From the NCBI GenBank assembly GCA_036867785.1, contig CP145425.1, forward strand, positions 62,001 to 126,000: a stretch of 64,000 bases of DNA. Reading direction: 5' to 3'. Within the stretch, counting starts at the first letter, position 1. Each line of letters opens with the position of its first letter. This document shows positions 1 through 12,237 of the stretch, piece by piece. The translations under genes and the position numbers were made by a program. This DNA comes from Plasmodiophora brassicae. Lineage: Eukaryota. The notes beneath the pieces were generated by a model. The model saw only the letters and a program-made list of their open reading frames with translations. It had not been told where the DNA came from and searched no databases.

Positions 1-310
1 CAAGCTGCGTGGGATCATGTCGAACGGGATGGTCATGTGCGCGTCCAACGCGGACAGGACCGTGGTCGAGCTGATCTCCCCGCCCGAGGGCGCCGTGCCG
101 GGCGACATCGTCACCATCGCCGGCGCGAACGTGCCGCCTGCTCCGCCGGCGCAGGTCAATCCGAAGAAGAAGGGCAACGCGTGGGAGACGAGCGCCCCGC
201 TGTTCAAGACCAACGCCGAGCGCGTTGCCACGTTCGCCGGTGCGCCGCTTCAGGTGATCGGCAAAGGCTGTTGCACGTCGCCGTCCTTGCCTGCTGCTAC
301 GATCAGCTAG
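1..310 (+). CDS. 3' end of a tRNA-binding (EMAP II/Arc1p/MetRS C-terminal-like) OB-fold protein; partial at window edge
   Basis: KLRGIMSNGMVMCAS...VELISPPEGAVPGD...NPKKK matches the tRNA_bind domain; the frame is open from the window start. Confidence 0.85.
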   Translation, partial: KLRGIMSNGMVMCASNADRTVVELISPPEGAVPGDIVTIAGANVPPAPPAQVNPKKKGNAWETSAPLFKTNAERVATFAGAPLQVIGKGCCTSPSLPAATIS

Positions 311-392
311 AAAACTACACGACGCGGACCGACATTGTCGACACAGTTCACGACGTGTTGATGCATTCTAAAACGTCGCGGGTGGGGCGCGA

Positions 393-1606
<1,214 letters not shown>

Positions 1607-1896
1607 CGCGTTTGTTCACGACTGGGCGCGTCCGGGCGATGGATGGCCCCGCGGACCCACCGTCCGTGACTGGGACGGTCCGACCTGTCCCAAAACCAAA
1701 GCACAAAACGAATCACGAAGCCACTGCACGGCACGGGCCGCCGACCTGGCCCAAAATATCACGCGATGTGCCACTGCATGGCGCGCGTTCCGACGGGGGG
1801 CTGTCACGGCGCGTCGTGTCATGCCGAGGTGAGCAGCGGACCTCGTGACGGGCGTCATTTTGATTGTGGCTGCCGTCTGGCGGGTTGTCCGAGGAG

Positions 1897-3621
1897 ATGG
1901 TCGACGGCGACGGCGCTCGCGTAGTACCGTATGAGTGCAGCGTGCTGGTCGATGGGCGCCCGGTGCAGTGCCGGGTCGATGCCGATCAGGTCGTGGTCGA
2001 TGGCGAGGCGCTGGCGCTGGCGGACGGGTCGTTCGTTGTTGATCGGGGCGCGGACCTGACGGTCTCGCCGTCGGCGTCGACGTCGATCCAGGTGTCCTGC
2101 GCGGATTCAACCGACCATGCCGGCCTGGTCGCAGCTATCGTCAGCGCAATTCGAACCGCGGTCCCGACAGCAGATCGGCATGAGGTGGGGATGGAACCCA
2201 GAACGCCAGTTTTGTTTACGACGCTCGGCCTCACTCACCTGCCAGATCCTTCGGGGCACGCTACACTCAGCATGTTTCTTGAATGCCACCGAGGAGTTCA
2301 ACAGGCTGTTGAAGGAGACGCCTTCGTTTTCCATCGATAGGCAGTACGTGCTGCCATGGTTGGCGTCTGCGCTCCACGAATCTGATGACATTTGGTGATG
2401 GTACGTAGGGACGAAGACGGACGCACCGCGCTGCATATAGCATGCGCGAAGGACATCAAACCCATGATCCAGATGCTGGTCGATGCGGGTGCTGACCCGG
2501 CTGTCGCTGATGGCAACGGGCGCACGCCGCTGCATGTATCCTGCTCCCTGGGTCATGCGAACACGGTCGAGTACTTGCTGGCGGCCGGTGCTGTTCTGCC
2601 TGGAGAATTTGAACAGACCGACCATTCGTCCCCTGTATGGGCCGCTGCGTCCTGTCAGCAGGGCCGACCTGCTGCCGTCGTCGCTGCGCTCGTCCGCCAT
2701 GGGTTCTCTGTCGATGTCAAGTTCGACGATGGTTCGTCACTATTGCATCGCTTGGTCGACCTCGGAAACGCCGATGTTATCGAAACGATCTGCTCAGCAT
2801 CGCCCTCTCCTGATGTCCGATTCTTTTCAAGCTCTGGCCGGACTGCATTGCACGACGCTGCGGCCAAAAGCGTGCATGTCAATATCGTCAACCACCTGCT
2901 GCGCGCTGGCGCGTATCCGAACGCCCCGACCAAGGATGATCGCGCCGACACTCCTCTTCATCTGTGCACGTCGGAACAGATCGCCATGGCCCTTGTCGCT
3001 CATGGCGCTCGCCCGGATCTGGTCAATGCTGTTGGGCAAGTCGCGACGCACCAGCTTGTCGACAGCGCCGTTCGGCGCCTATCATCGACGTCCGCTGCCC
3101 GATGGATGCTTAAACGTGATGTCGCCGTTTCCAACCTGACGAAGGTTGACTTCAGGGAAGGTCCGTCGTGCGAGCTGTGTGGCAGCAACTTTCTTCCAAT
3201 CATCGGACGCAAACATCATTGCAGACTGTGCGGGGCGCTCGTCTGTGACTCGTGCAGCCTGAAGCGCGCTGTCTGCTCCAGTGAATCTCACCGCGTTTGC
3301 GATGCCTGTTTTAATCGTGCCGTCGAGGCCGTCGTCGCCTCCAACGCATATGAACTGCGTTCGTCGCCCGCATCCGGAACAGGGCAGCTTGTCGAATCCC
3401 CTGAACCATCTCCTCAAACAAAGGCCCATCCCGGACCTGATGTCCCGCCTGTTGATATGGGGGATGGATCGACGCCGGGGTCGCAGGCGCTCGCCGCCCT
3501 GCAGCAACGTGGTCAGGCCATCGACGAGCTCGGCGATAAATCTGCTCGGGTGCGTGACGATGCGGCGCAGTTCGCGAACCTTGCTGAACGGCTAGCTGCG
3601 AAGTTCGGTGCGCCTCCATAG
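1897..3621 (+). CDS. Ankyrin-repeat + FYVE zinc finger protein with C-terminal R-SNARE-like coiled coil; introns near 2185-2244 and 2344-2408
   Basis: Ankyrin motifs GRTALHIAC, GRTPLHVSC, GRTALHDAA; FYVE RKHHCRLCG...RVCDAC; C-terminal LQQRGQAIDELGDKSARVRDDAAQFANLAERL. Confidence 0.88.
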
Positions 3622-3872
3622 CCACGTAGCCCTCTGCTGCGCATCTACTACAGTATTCAGGATATCCGGTACTGTCGGCGACCCGCATTCGCGGCCTGTA
3701 AAAGAGGCCGTGGAAGACCGGTCACCCGCGAAGAGTCCCCGCTGGTATCACTGTATCAGTCGTCTGGTCCTGCGGACAAGTCCGAGGTGCGCCGACTGGG
3801 GCGGGCCGGACCCGGGGCCCCCTCCCAAGGGCGGTGGCCGTCGTGCATTGCGGACGCGGGAGTGGACGTGAC

Positions 3873-5334
3873 ATGGGGGTCGAGGGCGCGCGCGCCCTGC
3901 TGGAGGCGACCGGCGTCCTGGGCCGGTCGCATCGCGACCTGCGCGTGTTCCTCGACTGGTTCGTCTACGTCGTCGCCCCGTGCGACCTGCTGCGCGTCCT
4001 GCTCGATGACCTCCTGGAGCACCCTCCGGTCATCCTGTTCAAGGCGGCGCTGCTCGCTGAACAACGGTCCAAGGTACCGGGGGGGCGACGGGTTTCGTCT
4101 CGTCATCTGGGAGGATCTCATGGGACTGCAGCGCTCGCTGGACGCTCCCGTCGACCTGCTTGCCGATTTGTTCCTCACGCGCAACCTGCAAATCCTGTCA
4201 TTCGTTGAGACGTGGGCCGCCTGCTATGCCGGCGACTTCACTGGTAGGCCCGCTCTCGTCGTTCGGTGGACGCCCCCATCTTGACAGGTTGTTTCGGACC
4301 GTGCCGCAGGCCACGAGATGGAGCTGACGACGTGCCTTCAGCATTATCCGCCCGCGTCCTGGTCCATGCTCGAACGGTTTCTCGCCGTGGACCTGTCCGG
4401 TCTGGAGGTGAGGGCGCAAGCCTGCCTGGCGGTCGCCGAGGACATGTTCGTCATCAGGGACAAATGTGGGGAGGGGCGCCGCCGCATTGCACGCCTGCGC
4501 CGGCCGCCTCGCCGTCTGACCACCACGTTCTTCGCAGACGAACGACCTGTCGGTTCGCCCAACTTCCTGTGGATGCCGTCGTGCCGGTTCCTGTCCAGGC
4601 GGTACGCGTTCGACCGGCTGCCGGCGGGCGTCATCGCCGACCAGATGTGTGTGCACATGCGCGCCAGGCTGTCGGAGATCACGCCTCGCGACCTGATCGG
4701 TCCCGGCCGCCTGCAAGCGTTCGCCAGCATGTCGGACCGCATCGTCATCTGGGTCGCCAGCGAGATCCTCCTGCGCCGGTCACGACGACAACGACGCCGG
4801 GCGGTGTCGAAGTGGGTGGCCATCGCCATGCACTGCCTGCGTCGGTGCAATTTCCATTCGGCGTGCGAGATCGCGGCGGCGCTGACGGTGCACCCGCTCC
4901 GGCGCCTTCGTCGCGAGCTGTTCGAGACGTTGCCCGGTCGGCGCTGGCGACAATTCGTCCAGCTGCAGCAGCTGATCTCCGACCACGACAAGTTTGGCAC
5001 GTACAGGCGTCTGTATGCGCACGCGCAACCGGCCCGATTTCGGATCCCCTGCATCGCCAGCGTCGTTCGGGACATCCGCGTCCACGAGGACATGCTCGTC
5101 TCCGGGCAGGACGTCGTGAAGCGCTGTATCGTCGGTCAGCACATCGCCCGCCTGGCCCTGGACGCGTTACGCGTTTGCGAGCAGGATGACTACTGGATCA
5201 AGCCGGACCGCGACGTTCAGTACGCGCTCGGGTGCCGCCGGCTCGCCTCGGCCACGTCCATCGCCGACCTGATGGAGCGGTCCATGTCCATAGAACCCAT
5301 CAAGCGACCCGCCAAATGCAAACCGCCTCTTTGA
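3873..5334 (+). CDS. RasGEF (CDC25-homology) domain protein, intron-containing 5' part
   Basis: WVASEILL...SKWVAIAMHCLRRCNFHSACEIAAAL...QLISDHDKFGTYRRLY...IPCIASVVRDI fits the RasGEF catalytic domain. Confidence 0.85.
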
Positions 5335-5358
5335 TGAACAGTTATCCTATTCGCACGT

Positions 5359-5510
5359 CGTCGCCATGTTGGAACGCGACGTATCGTGTTAACAAACCTG
5401 GGCAGCTATGAGGGTATCAGGGACAGGTCGTCAGTGCCCGACTGGGCGGCTGCGTCGGTCTTCTCTGCCGGCTCGGCCGGCGGATCCTCCTTCGTCGGGA
5501 TCTCCTTGGA
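5359..5510. repeat. Diverged direct duplicate of the FtsH gene 3' end and 3' flank (copy of ~6657-6809)
   Basis: gtcgccatgttggaacgcgacgtatcgtg...cagggacaggtcgtcagtgcccg...tcctccttcgtcgggatctccttgga occurs at both positions. Confidence 0.93.
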
Positions 5511-5645
5511 TGCGCCACTGTCCGGATGTCCAGCTGCATCCTGGCCTCATCAAGTTCTGGCCGGCGTCCATCACAGAACACCTCGTGCATTTCGATCACG
5601 TCATGGTCTCCAAATGCCTGTCGTGCATCGGCTTGTCGCGGACCG

Positions 5646-6140
5646 AGCGACAACACGCACAGCCGGTGCCGACCTTCCACATGTCGATGTTTGGCCCACC
5701 CTCCAGGACCGTGTCCGTGAAGGACCTACTGGGGAAACTGCCCAGTTCTGAGCACGACATGGTCTGCTCGACCTGCTCACAACAGACACGGCACACGCGA
5801 GTAGTGGTGTACACCAGCTCGTTGGCAGCCCGCTGGTGCGGTACCGTCGTCATAGGCCGCGTCACTTTGCCGTTTTCGATCGATGCAAGCGTTGGCTTAC
5901 CTTCAGGGCGTTCCCTGAATTGTCGTCATCCCATTGCATTGCAATAACGACGGCGGGCTGCCATCGAGCTGGTGTACACCACTACTCGCGTGTGTCGTGT
6001 CTGTTGTGCGCGGGTCGAGCAGACCATGTCGTACTCAGAATTGATCAGTGTCCCCAGTAGGTCCTTCACGGACACGGTCCTGGAGGGTGGGCCAAACATC
6101 GACATGTGGAAGGTCGGCACCGGCTGTGCGTATTGTCGCT
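5646..6140. repeat. Long inverted repeat: arms 5646-5833 and 5953-6140, spacer ~119 bp
   Basis: Arm 2 is the reverse complement of arm 1 (~10 mismatches by eye over 188 bp); both encode QPVPTFHMSMFGPPSRTVSVKDLLG in opposite orientations. Confidence 0.96.
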
Positions 6141-6703
6141 TGCCGTGCAGAACGTCTTTGCCAACTAACATGTTCTCGCCGTGGTCGTCTCGGCCGGGTC
6201 ATCGGACAAGTCGTCGTCGAGCGATGACGATCCGGCCGACGTGCCCGTTTTCGACCTGGGCACGCTTCCGTCGCCGCTTCGCGTTGATATCGCGATACGG
6301 GCACCGGTCACGCCCAGCGCGTCCCAGACGGTCCCGGCCGTCCCGGCTCCCAGGTGTAGGAAGACTCCCACCTGCAGATCCTGCACGCGCTTCACGACAT
6401 CGTGCTGCGTCTTCGGCGGGCGGCGTACACGTACTACATGATCTGGCGGCGCGCTCTATCGCCCGTATGCGTGCATCGGGTGCGTCGCACCGCCATCTGC
6501 CCAAGCGACCACGAAGCGCTTCCCGATACAGCAAAGCGTACTCCTGTTCAGCACGGTGGCCAGCCACCCACGGACTAGCCACGGACCATGGCCCGGTCCA
6601 CTGCAGTTGCGGACTTGTGGGTGTTCGCCATATCCACCGTGCTGACTGCAGCTGGCGGTCGCCATGTTGGAACGCGACGTATCGTGTAATGAACGGGGGG
6701 CAG

Positions 6704-9255
6704 CTATGCGGGCTTCAGGGACAGGTCGTCAGTGCCCGTCTGAGCGGCTGCGTCGGCCTTCTCCGCCGGTTCGGGCGGCGTATCCTCCTTCGTCGGGATC
6801 TCCTTGGACGTCTCCTCGACGTAGTCGATGTACTGCTGCGACTTGTACGGGCGTTCGCCCAGCACCTCGACCAGGTCCTTGTGAGTGACGGTCTCCTGCA
6901 CCAGCAGGCGCGCGGCGAGCGCTTCGATCAGGACGCGCTTCTCGGCGACCAGCGCCAGCGTCCTGTCGTACAGCTGGTCGACCATCGAGCGGACCTCCTC
7001 GTCGATCAGCTCGGCAGTCTTCTCCGAGTACGGCTTGTAGAACGCCGGGTTGCCGCTGGATTCGTCCAGCGGGAAGCTCAGGTTGCCGACGCGCTTGCTC
7101 ATGCCGAACAGCGTCACCGTCGAGTACGCGATACGCGTGATCTTCTTCAGGTCGTCGGCGGCGCCCGTCGACACCTCATCGAAGAAGACCTGCTCGCTGG
7201 CCCGGCCGCCCAGCGCCATGCACATCATGTCGCGGAGCTGGTCCTCCGACATCAGGTTTAGCTCCTTGGGCAGGTACTGGGCGAAACCCAGCGCCGCCGT
7301 GCCTCGCGGGACGATCGTCACCTTCAGCAGCGGGTCCGCGTGCCGGAGGAACCAGCCGACGACGGCGTGCCCCGCTTCGTGATGGGCGACGAGTTCCCGT
7401 TCCTGCTTGGTCATGATCTTGTTCTCCTTGGCGAGCCCGCCAATGACACGGTCGACGGCGGCCTCGAAATCGACCAGCTCGACCGCCTGCTTGTCGGTCC
7501 GGGCGGCGATCAGCGCCGCCTCATTGCAGATGTTGGCAATGTCGGCGCCGGAGAACCCGGGCGTCAGCGACGCCAGGCGCCGCGCGATGTCGTCCACCGG
7601 GTTAGCGAGCGACAACGGCTTCAGGTGCACCTTGAAGATCTGCTGGCGGCCCTTGATGTCGGGCAGGTCGATCGCGACCTGCCTGTCGAATCGCCCGGGA
7701 CGAAGCAGCGCCTTGTCGAGGATGTCGACGCGGTTCGTCCCGGCTAGGACGACGACGCCGGACTGGGTGGAGAACCCGTCCATCTCGACCAGCAGCTGGT
7801 TCAGCGTGTTCTCGCGCTCGTCGTTCCCGCCGCTGAACCCGCCTTTGCCGCGGGCGCGCCCGACCGCATCGATTTCGTCGATGAAGACGATGCAGGGAGC
7901 CGCCTCGCGCGCCTGCGCGAACAGGTCGCGAACTCTGGATGGGCCGACGCCGACGAACTATGTAACCAGGAGGGACGGTGAGCACAGGCGCGTGGGACGC
8001 ACGACGGTGCACACACTGACCATCTCGATGAAGTCGGACCCGGAGATGCTGAAGAACGGGACGGACGCTTCGGCGGCGGTCGCGCGCGCCAGCATGGTCT
8101 TGCCGGTGCCGGGCGGGCCGACGAGCAGGGCGCCCCGAGGGATCTTGGCGCCCAGCTGCGTGTACTTCTTCGGGTTCTTCAGGAAGTCGACGAACTCGGA
8201 CACCTCGCGTTTCGCCTCGTCGAGGCCGGCGACGTCCTTGAACAGGACCTTGTTCTTCGCGTCCTTGCCGGCGCGGACCGCCGGCGCCTTCCCGATCTGG
8301 AAGATGTTCTTCATGCCGCCGCCGATGCCGCCGCCCGACCCGACGGACGATGACAACCCGCGCATGATGAACAGCCAGAAGCCGATCAGCAGCAGCGTCG
8401 GGCCGAACTTCAGCAGCTCCTGGCCCCACGACGTCCGGTTGACGTACTTGATCTGGGCGGGGACGGCGCGTCAGTTCGGCGGGGGGTGCACACAGGCAGA
8501 GACAGAGCGCCTTACCGGAACAAAGTCGGTCGGGCTGACGCCCATCTCCTCCTGGACGCGGTTCAGGCTGTTCTCGAACGTTTCAACGCTGCCGATCGTG
8601 AAGTAGTACTGGGCGCGGGGCGCCTGCAGGTCCATGAGCGCCGCGTCGTCGGGGAGCGACGCTCGCCGCGCCGGGGCGGCGTCCTCGGCGTCGTCCTCGA
8701 ACCGGTACCGGTCGGTCGGCGTCGTCGTGCGCGACGGCCGAAGGTAGACGCGCGCCGTCTGCTTGTTCATGACGACTACGCGACAGCAACCTCAGCACAG
8801 ATGCATCGAGAGCGCGCATGGAGGCGCCGATGCCCACCGATGCGATCGACGAGCCCAGGCTCGAGCAGGCGTTTCCGGAACTCCTGAAACGTAATCTCGC
8901 GTTCGCCGTCTGTTATCCTCGACGACGACAGCGTCAGGCCGAGGGCGGTCAGGATGGCCAGCGTGAGATGAGTTTCCCAGTTCGGCCACGGCGATTTGTC
9001 GTTCCCGCCGCCGGGCTTCTCATGGCTCGAGCGCCCGGACGACGACGACGACGACGACGGGTCGTTCTTGCCGTCGCCCTCCTTGGCGAGCTCGGGGGCC
9101 CCGTCCGGGAAGAACCGCCGGAACCCGTACGGGATTTTCGACGCCCTGACAATGGCGGGCGATACGGCCCAGAGACGCTGGTAGGCGCTGGACCGGGCGG
9201 GTGCCGCCGCCAGTGGCGACACCAGGCGCAGGCGTGACGCCAACGACCGCAACAT
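6704..9255 (-). CDS. Mitochondrial m-AAA/FtsH ATP-dependent zinc metalloprotease (AFG3/paraplegin family), 4 exons
   Basis: Presequence-like N-terminus [10 protein letters not shown]; Walker [37 protein letters not shown] zinc motif; GFAQYLP. Confidence 0.96.
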
Positions 9256-9754
9256 GACGACAGGCCACACCGCGGGCGCGGATGGTCGCTCCGGCGGTCC
9301 GCGGCCACTCCACAAAAGAACGCCGCAATCTGGTGACGCGCCGGCCCGGACCCGCGTGTTTGTTTTTTTGCTTTGGCATGCACTGCTTCTTCTATTTCGG
9401 TGCCACGTGCTGACTGCAGACGGGCCGGGTCTCTGTTGACACACCACGAGGGTATGTAGACGTGTTGTCTGTTGTTTTTGCGTATCGTGGCCGGCTGCAG
9501 ACATGAACACGTCGCCCCAGGTCAGTCGAGTACGTCGACGCCCACATGACGCGGAGAGCTGCCGGACGATGGGTTTCATCGCGCCGAGAACGGACTCGCT
9601 GCACCTGTTCGAGCGTCTGCAAGGCGCACCGGTCCCATCGGCCATCGCTGACATATAACGTTAACCCAACCGAAAGCTGTGGTAATCGCGTTTGAAGTTT
9701 GAGGACGCTTTCGAGCGGGTGGCGGTGGAATGAACAGCAGCTAACAGTCTCAGT

Positions 9755-10717
9755 TCATTCATCGGCGTCGCCGGCGACACGGCGCGCCTGCCGCTTGGCG
9801 TACCCGAACTCGTTGCGCCACAGATCCTCAAACCGGCGAAGGCTGATGACCGGAATGGCAGCCACAGGTGCGCCTGCCGCCAGCGAAAGCTCGTACTGCC
9901 GCGTGTACTCCAGGTCGATCTTCTTGAGCACCTTCAGCCAGATGACCCGGACGGTGAACGACGCGGGCAAAGAGATCGTTGCCTTGGCGTGCCGACTCTG
10001 GTAGTGGGACGGTGTGCCGTGCTGCTTGATGATGAGAAACGCCTCCTCCCGCACCTGATCGAGGACTTCGGGATCGATCCGATTGCGGACGACGACACTG
10101 CTTGCGCCGCGACGATCGCTCCCGCCGATGACGTCGCCTGGCACTTCGAACGGGTCGTGGTGTCGGCCAGTCATGCGCGCCCTCGTCGTGTCCATCTTCT
10201 TCTTTGAGAATCCGTACACATGCTGGAACATTTGGCGGCAGATCTGCTGCTCGACGTTGTCCTCCTGGGCGCGGAACCAGTAGGTGAAACGGTACGATAC
10301 GCTGTCGGCGACCTTCGAGCAGCGCATGCGGGCGGTGAGGTGGGCGTGCTGCTTCTCGAAAGCACGTAGCTTGGTGTACTCGAGGCGCTCGGCATGAACC
10401 ATGTCGGCGGTGATGAAGTCGTCGCACTTGAGCGTCGTGCACTTGCAAGGCAGGAACGGTTTCGGCGCCATCGTGAGCTTCTTGCGAGCGTCATTCTCGG
10501 GGTGTCGCGCCCGTTTCGCCGGTCGCGACACGACCTCATGCGTTGACTCGTCCGGCACCCGTTGTTGATGAAGGACGACTTCCGGAACGGGGCGGTCGAC
10601 AATGACGTGGTCCACTTGCGCGGCAGTGGACTGCTGTACGCGACGCGCCCGTGGCGCTGCGCCACCTCGACCGCGACCGCGGCCGCGATCTCCGCGAGAT
10701 CCACCGCGCCCAGACAT
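9755..10717 (-). mobile_element. Intronless gene derived from the N-terminal half of a Sola-like DNA transposase; no catalytic domain seen
   Basis: CKCTTLKC...RFTYWF...ICRQMFQHVYGFS...PSHYQSR...LPASFTV...SLRRFEDLWRNEFG pattern as recalled for Sola transposase N-termini; RGG-rich start. Confidence 0.6.
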
Positions 10718-10795
10718 TCTATACCAATTTTAGCGGCTCGCGCAAACGTCCGTCGACCTCGCTCTGCATCGTGTTCAGGCAGCGTCGACCGCCCC

Positions 10796-11398
10796 ATGGG
10801 GACCATGATCCGGATGGCGACAGGGTCCGGGTTGCATATTGCCGCCCGGAACCCGGCGCTCCTGAAGCACCTGCTGGCAACGAAGGGCGGCGCCCAGGTC
10901 AACGGCGTCGACCCCGACGGGCAGACGCCGCTGCACAGGGCCGTCGACCCATCCCATTTCTTCGACCACACGCTGACCAACGCCGGCATCGTCCGTATCC
11001 ATCAGGAGATGCCCGACGCCGTCCGCTTGCTGCTGGAGGCCGGCGCCGACCCGAACGCCGCCGACAGGAACGGGCGAACGCCGCTCCATGTCATCGCGAA
11101 CCTGCCGCGACGGAAACGGGTCGGCACCGCGCACACGTCGTTCGTCCAGGGGTTCAAGGCCGTCAACGGCATGCGGGGCCGCCGCGTGACCTCGTACGAC
11201 CTCGTCCTGACCCACGAGAAGCTGCTCGGGTGCCGGTTCGACGTCATCCGGCAGCTGGTCGAGGCCGGCGCCGACCCCAACCGGCGCGACCGTAGGGGCG
11301 ACACGCCCATCGCCCTCGCCCAGAAGCAGACCGAGGACAAGGACATTGTCCGGTATCTCCAGACCGCGTCATCGCCCTCGACAGGGTCGCCCACTTAA
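10796..11398 (+). CDS. Ankyrin repeat protein (tandem paralogue 1)
   Basis: GQTPLHRAV, LLLEAGADPNAADRNGRTPLHV, LVEAGADPNRRDRRGDTPIALA. Confidence 0.9.
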   Translation: MGTMIRMATGSGLHIAARNPALLKHLLATKGGAQVNGVDPDGQTPLHRAVDPSHFFDHTLTNAGIVRIHQEMPDAVRLLLEAGADPNAADRNGRTPLHVIANLPRRKRVGTAHTSFVQGFKAVNGMRGRRVTSYDLVLTHEKLLGCRFDVIRQLVEAGADPNRRDRRGDTPIALAQKQTEDKDIVRYLQTASSPSTGSPT

Positions 11399-11471
11399 CA
11401 AACGACGAACACGTTAACGACCGGCCGTGATGACGTCGAAATAAGCGCCGCATCGTCATAGCGGGTAGGTA

Positions 11472-12113
11472 ATGCCGGGGACGATCCATCGGGCGGGCGC
11501 CGGCGCCCTGCATTTGGCGTCGCGGAACCCGGCGCTGATCAGGCACCTGCTGCAGCGCGGCGCGCCTGCCGCCGTGAACGCCGCCGACAGCATCGGGCAG
11601 ACGCCGTTGCACTATGCGGTCAGCCCGGCGACGTACTTCGACCCGATGCTGACGGAGATGGCCATCGCGCGCATCGCCAAGGACACGCCCGAGGCCGTCC
11701 GGTTGCTGCTGGGCGCCGGCGCCGACGTGAACGCGGCCGACAGGCACGGGCGCACGCCGCTGCACGTCGCCATGGACCTGCCCCGGCAGAAGAAGCTGGG
11801 GACGATCTGGCGGCCGTTCACGCAGGGCATGAAGACCGATGTCAAACGCAAGGGGCGCAGCAAGCACGTCGTGGCGACCACGGTCGTCCTGACGCATAAG
11901 GGCCTGCTCGGGTGCCGGTTCCGGTGCGTCCAGCTGCTCGTCCAGGCCGGCGCCGACGTCCACCTCCCCGACGCCGGCGGCGTCACCGCCCTGGCCCTGG
12001 CCAGGAAGCAGTCCGCCGACAAGGACATCCTGCAGTACTTCCTGGGCAATCACGGGCGGGCAGCAGGCGGCAGCGACGATGGCGATGCGCCTGGCGACCT
12101 TAACGCAGACTAG
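11472..12113 (+). CDS. Ankyrin repeat protein (tandem paralogue 2)
   Basis: Collinear with paralogue 1 (RNPALIRHLL, GQTPLHYAV, LLGCRF, DKDILQY). Confidence 0.9.
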   Translation: MPGTIHRAGAGALHLASRNPALIRHLLQRGAPAAVNAADSIGQTPLHYAVSPATYFDPMLTEMAIARIAKDTPEAVRLLLGAGADVNAADRHGRTPLHVAMDLPRQKKLGTIWRPFTQGMKTDVKRKGRSKHVVATTVVLTHKGLLGCRFRCVQLLVQAGADVHLPDAGGVTALALARKQSADKDILQYFLGNHGRAAGGSDDGDAPGDLNAD

Positions 12114-12237
12114 TGTACGCAAGCTGGAACCCTGCGTGATATGTTTCCTGTTCATAGCTGAGGTACCCCCTCACAATGCTAGATATCATCCTATCGGGGT
12201 GGATATCGTGGGACGATATCTGTTGGGCGGCGTCTTG

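Noticed and set aside
2341-2408. Possible GC-AG intron in the ANK-FYVE gene
   Set aside because: A canonical GT donor three bases later (2344) gives the same frame
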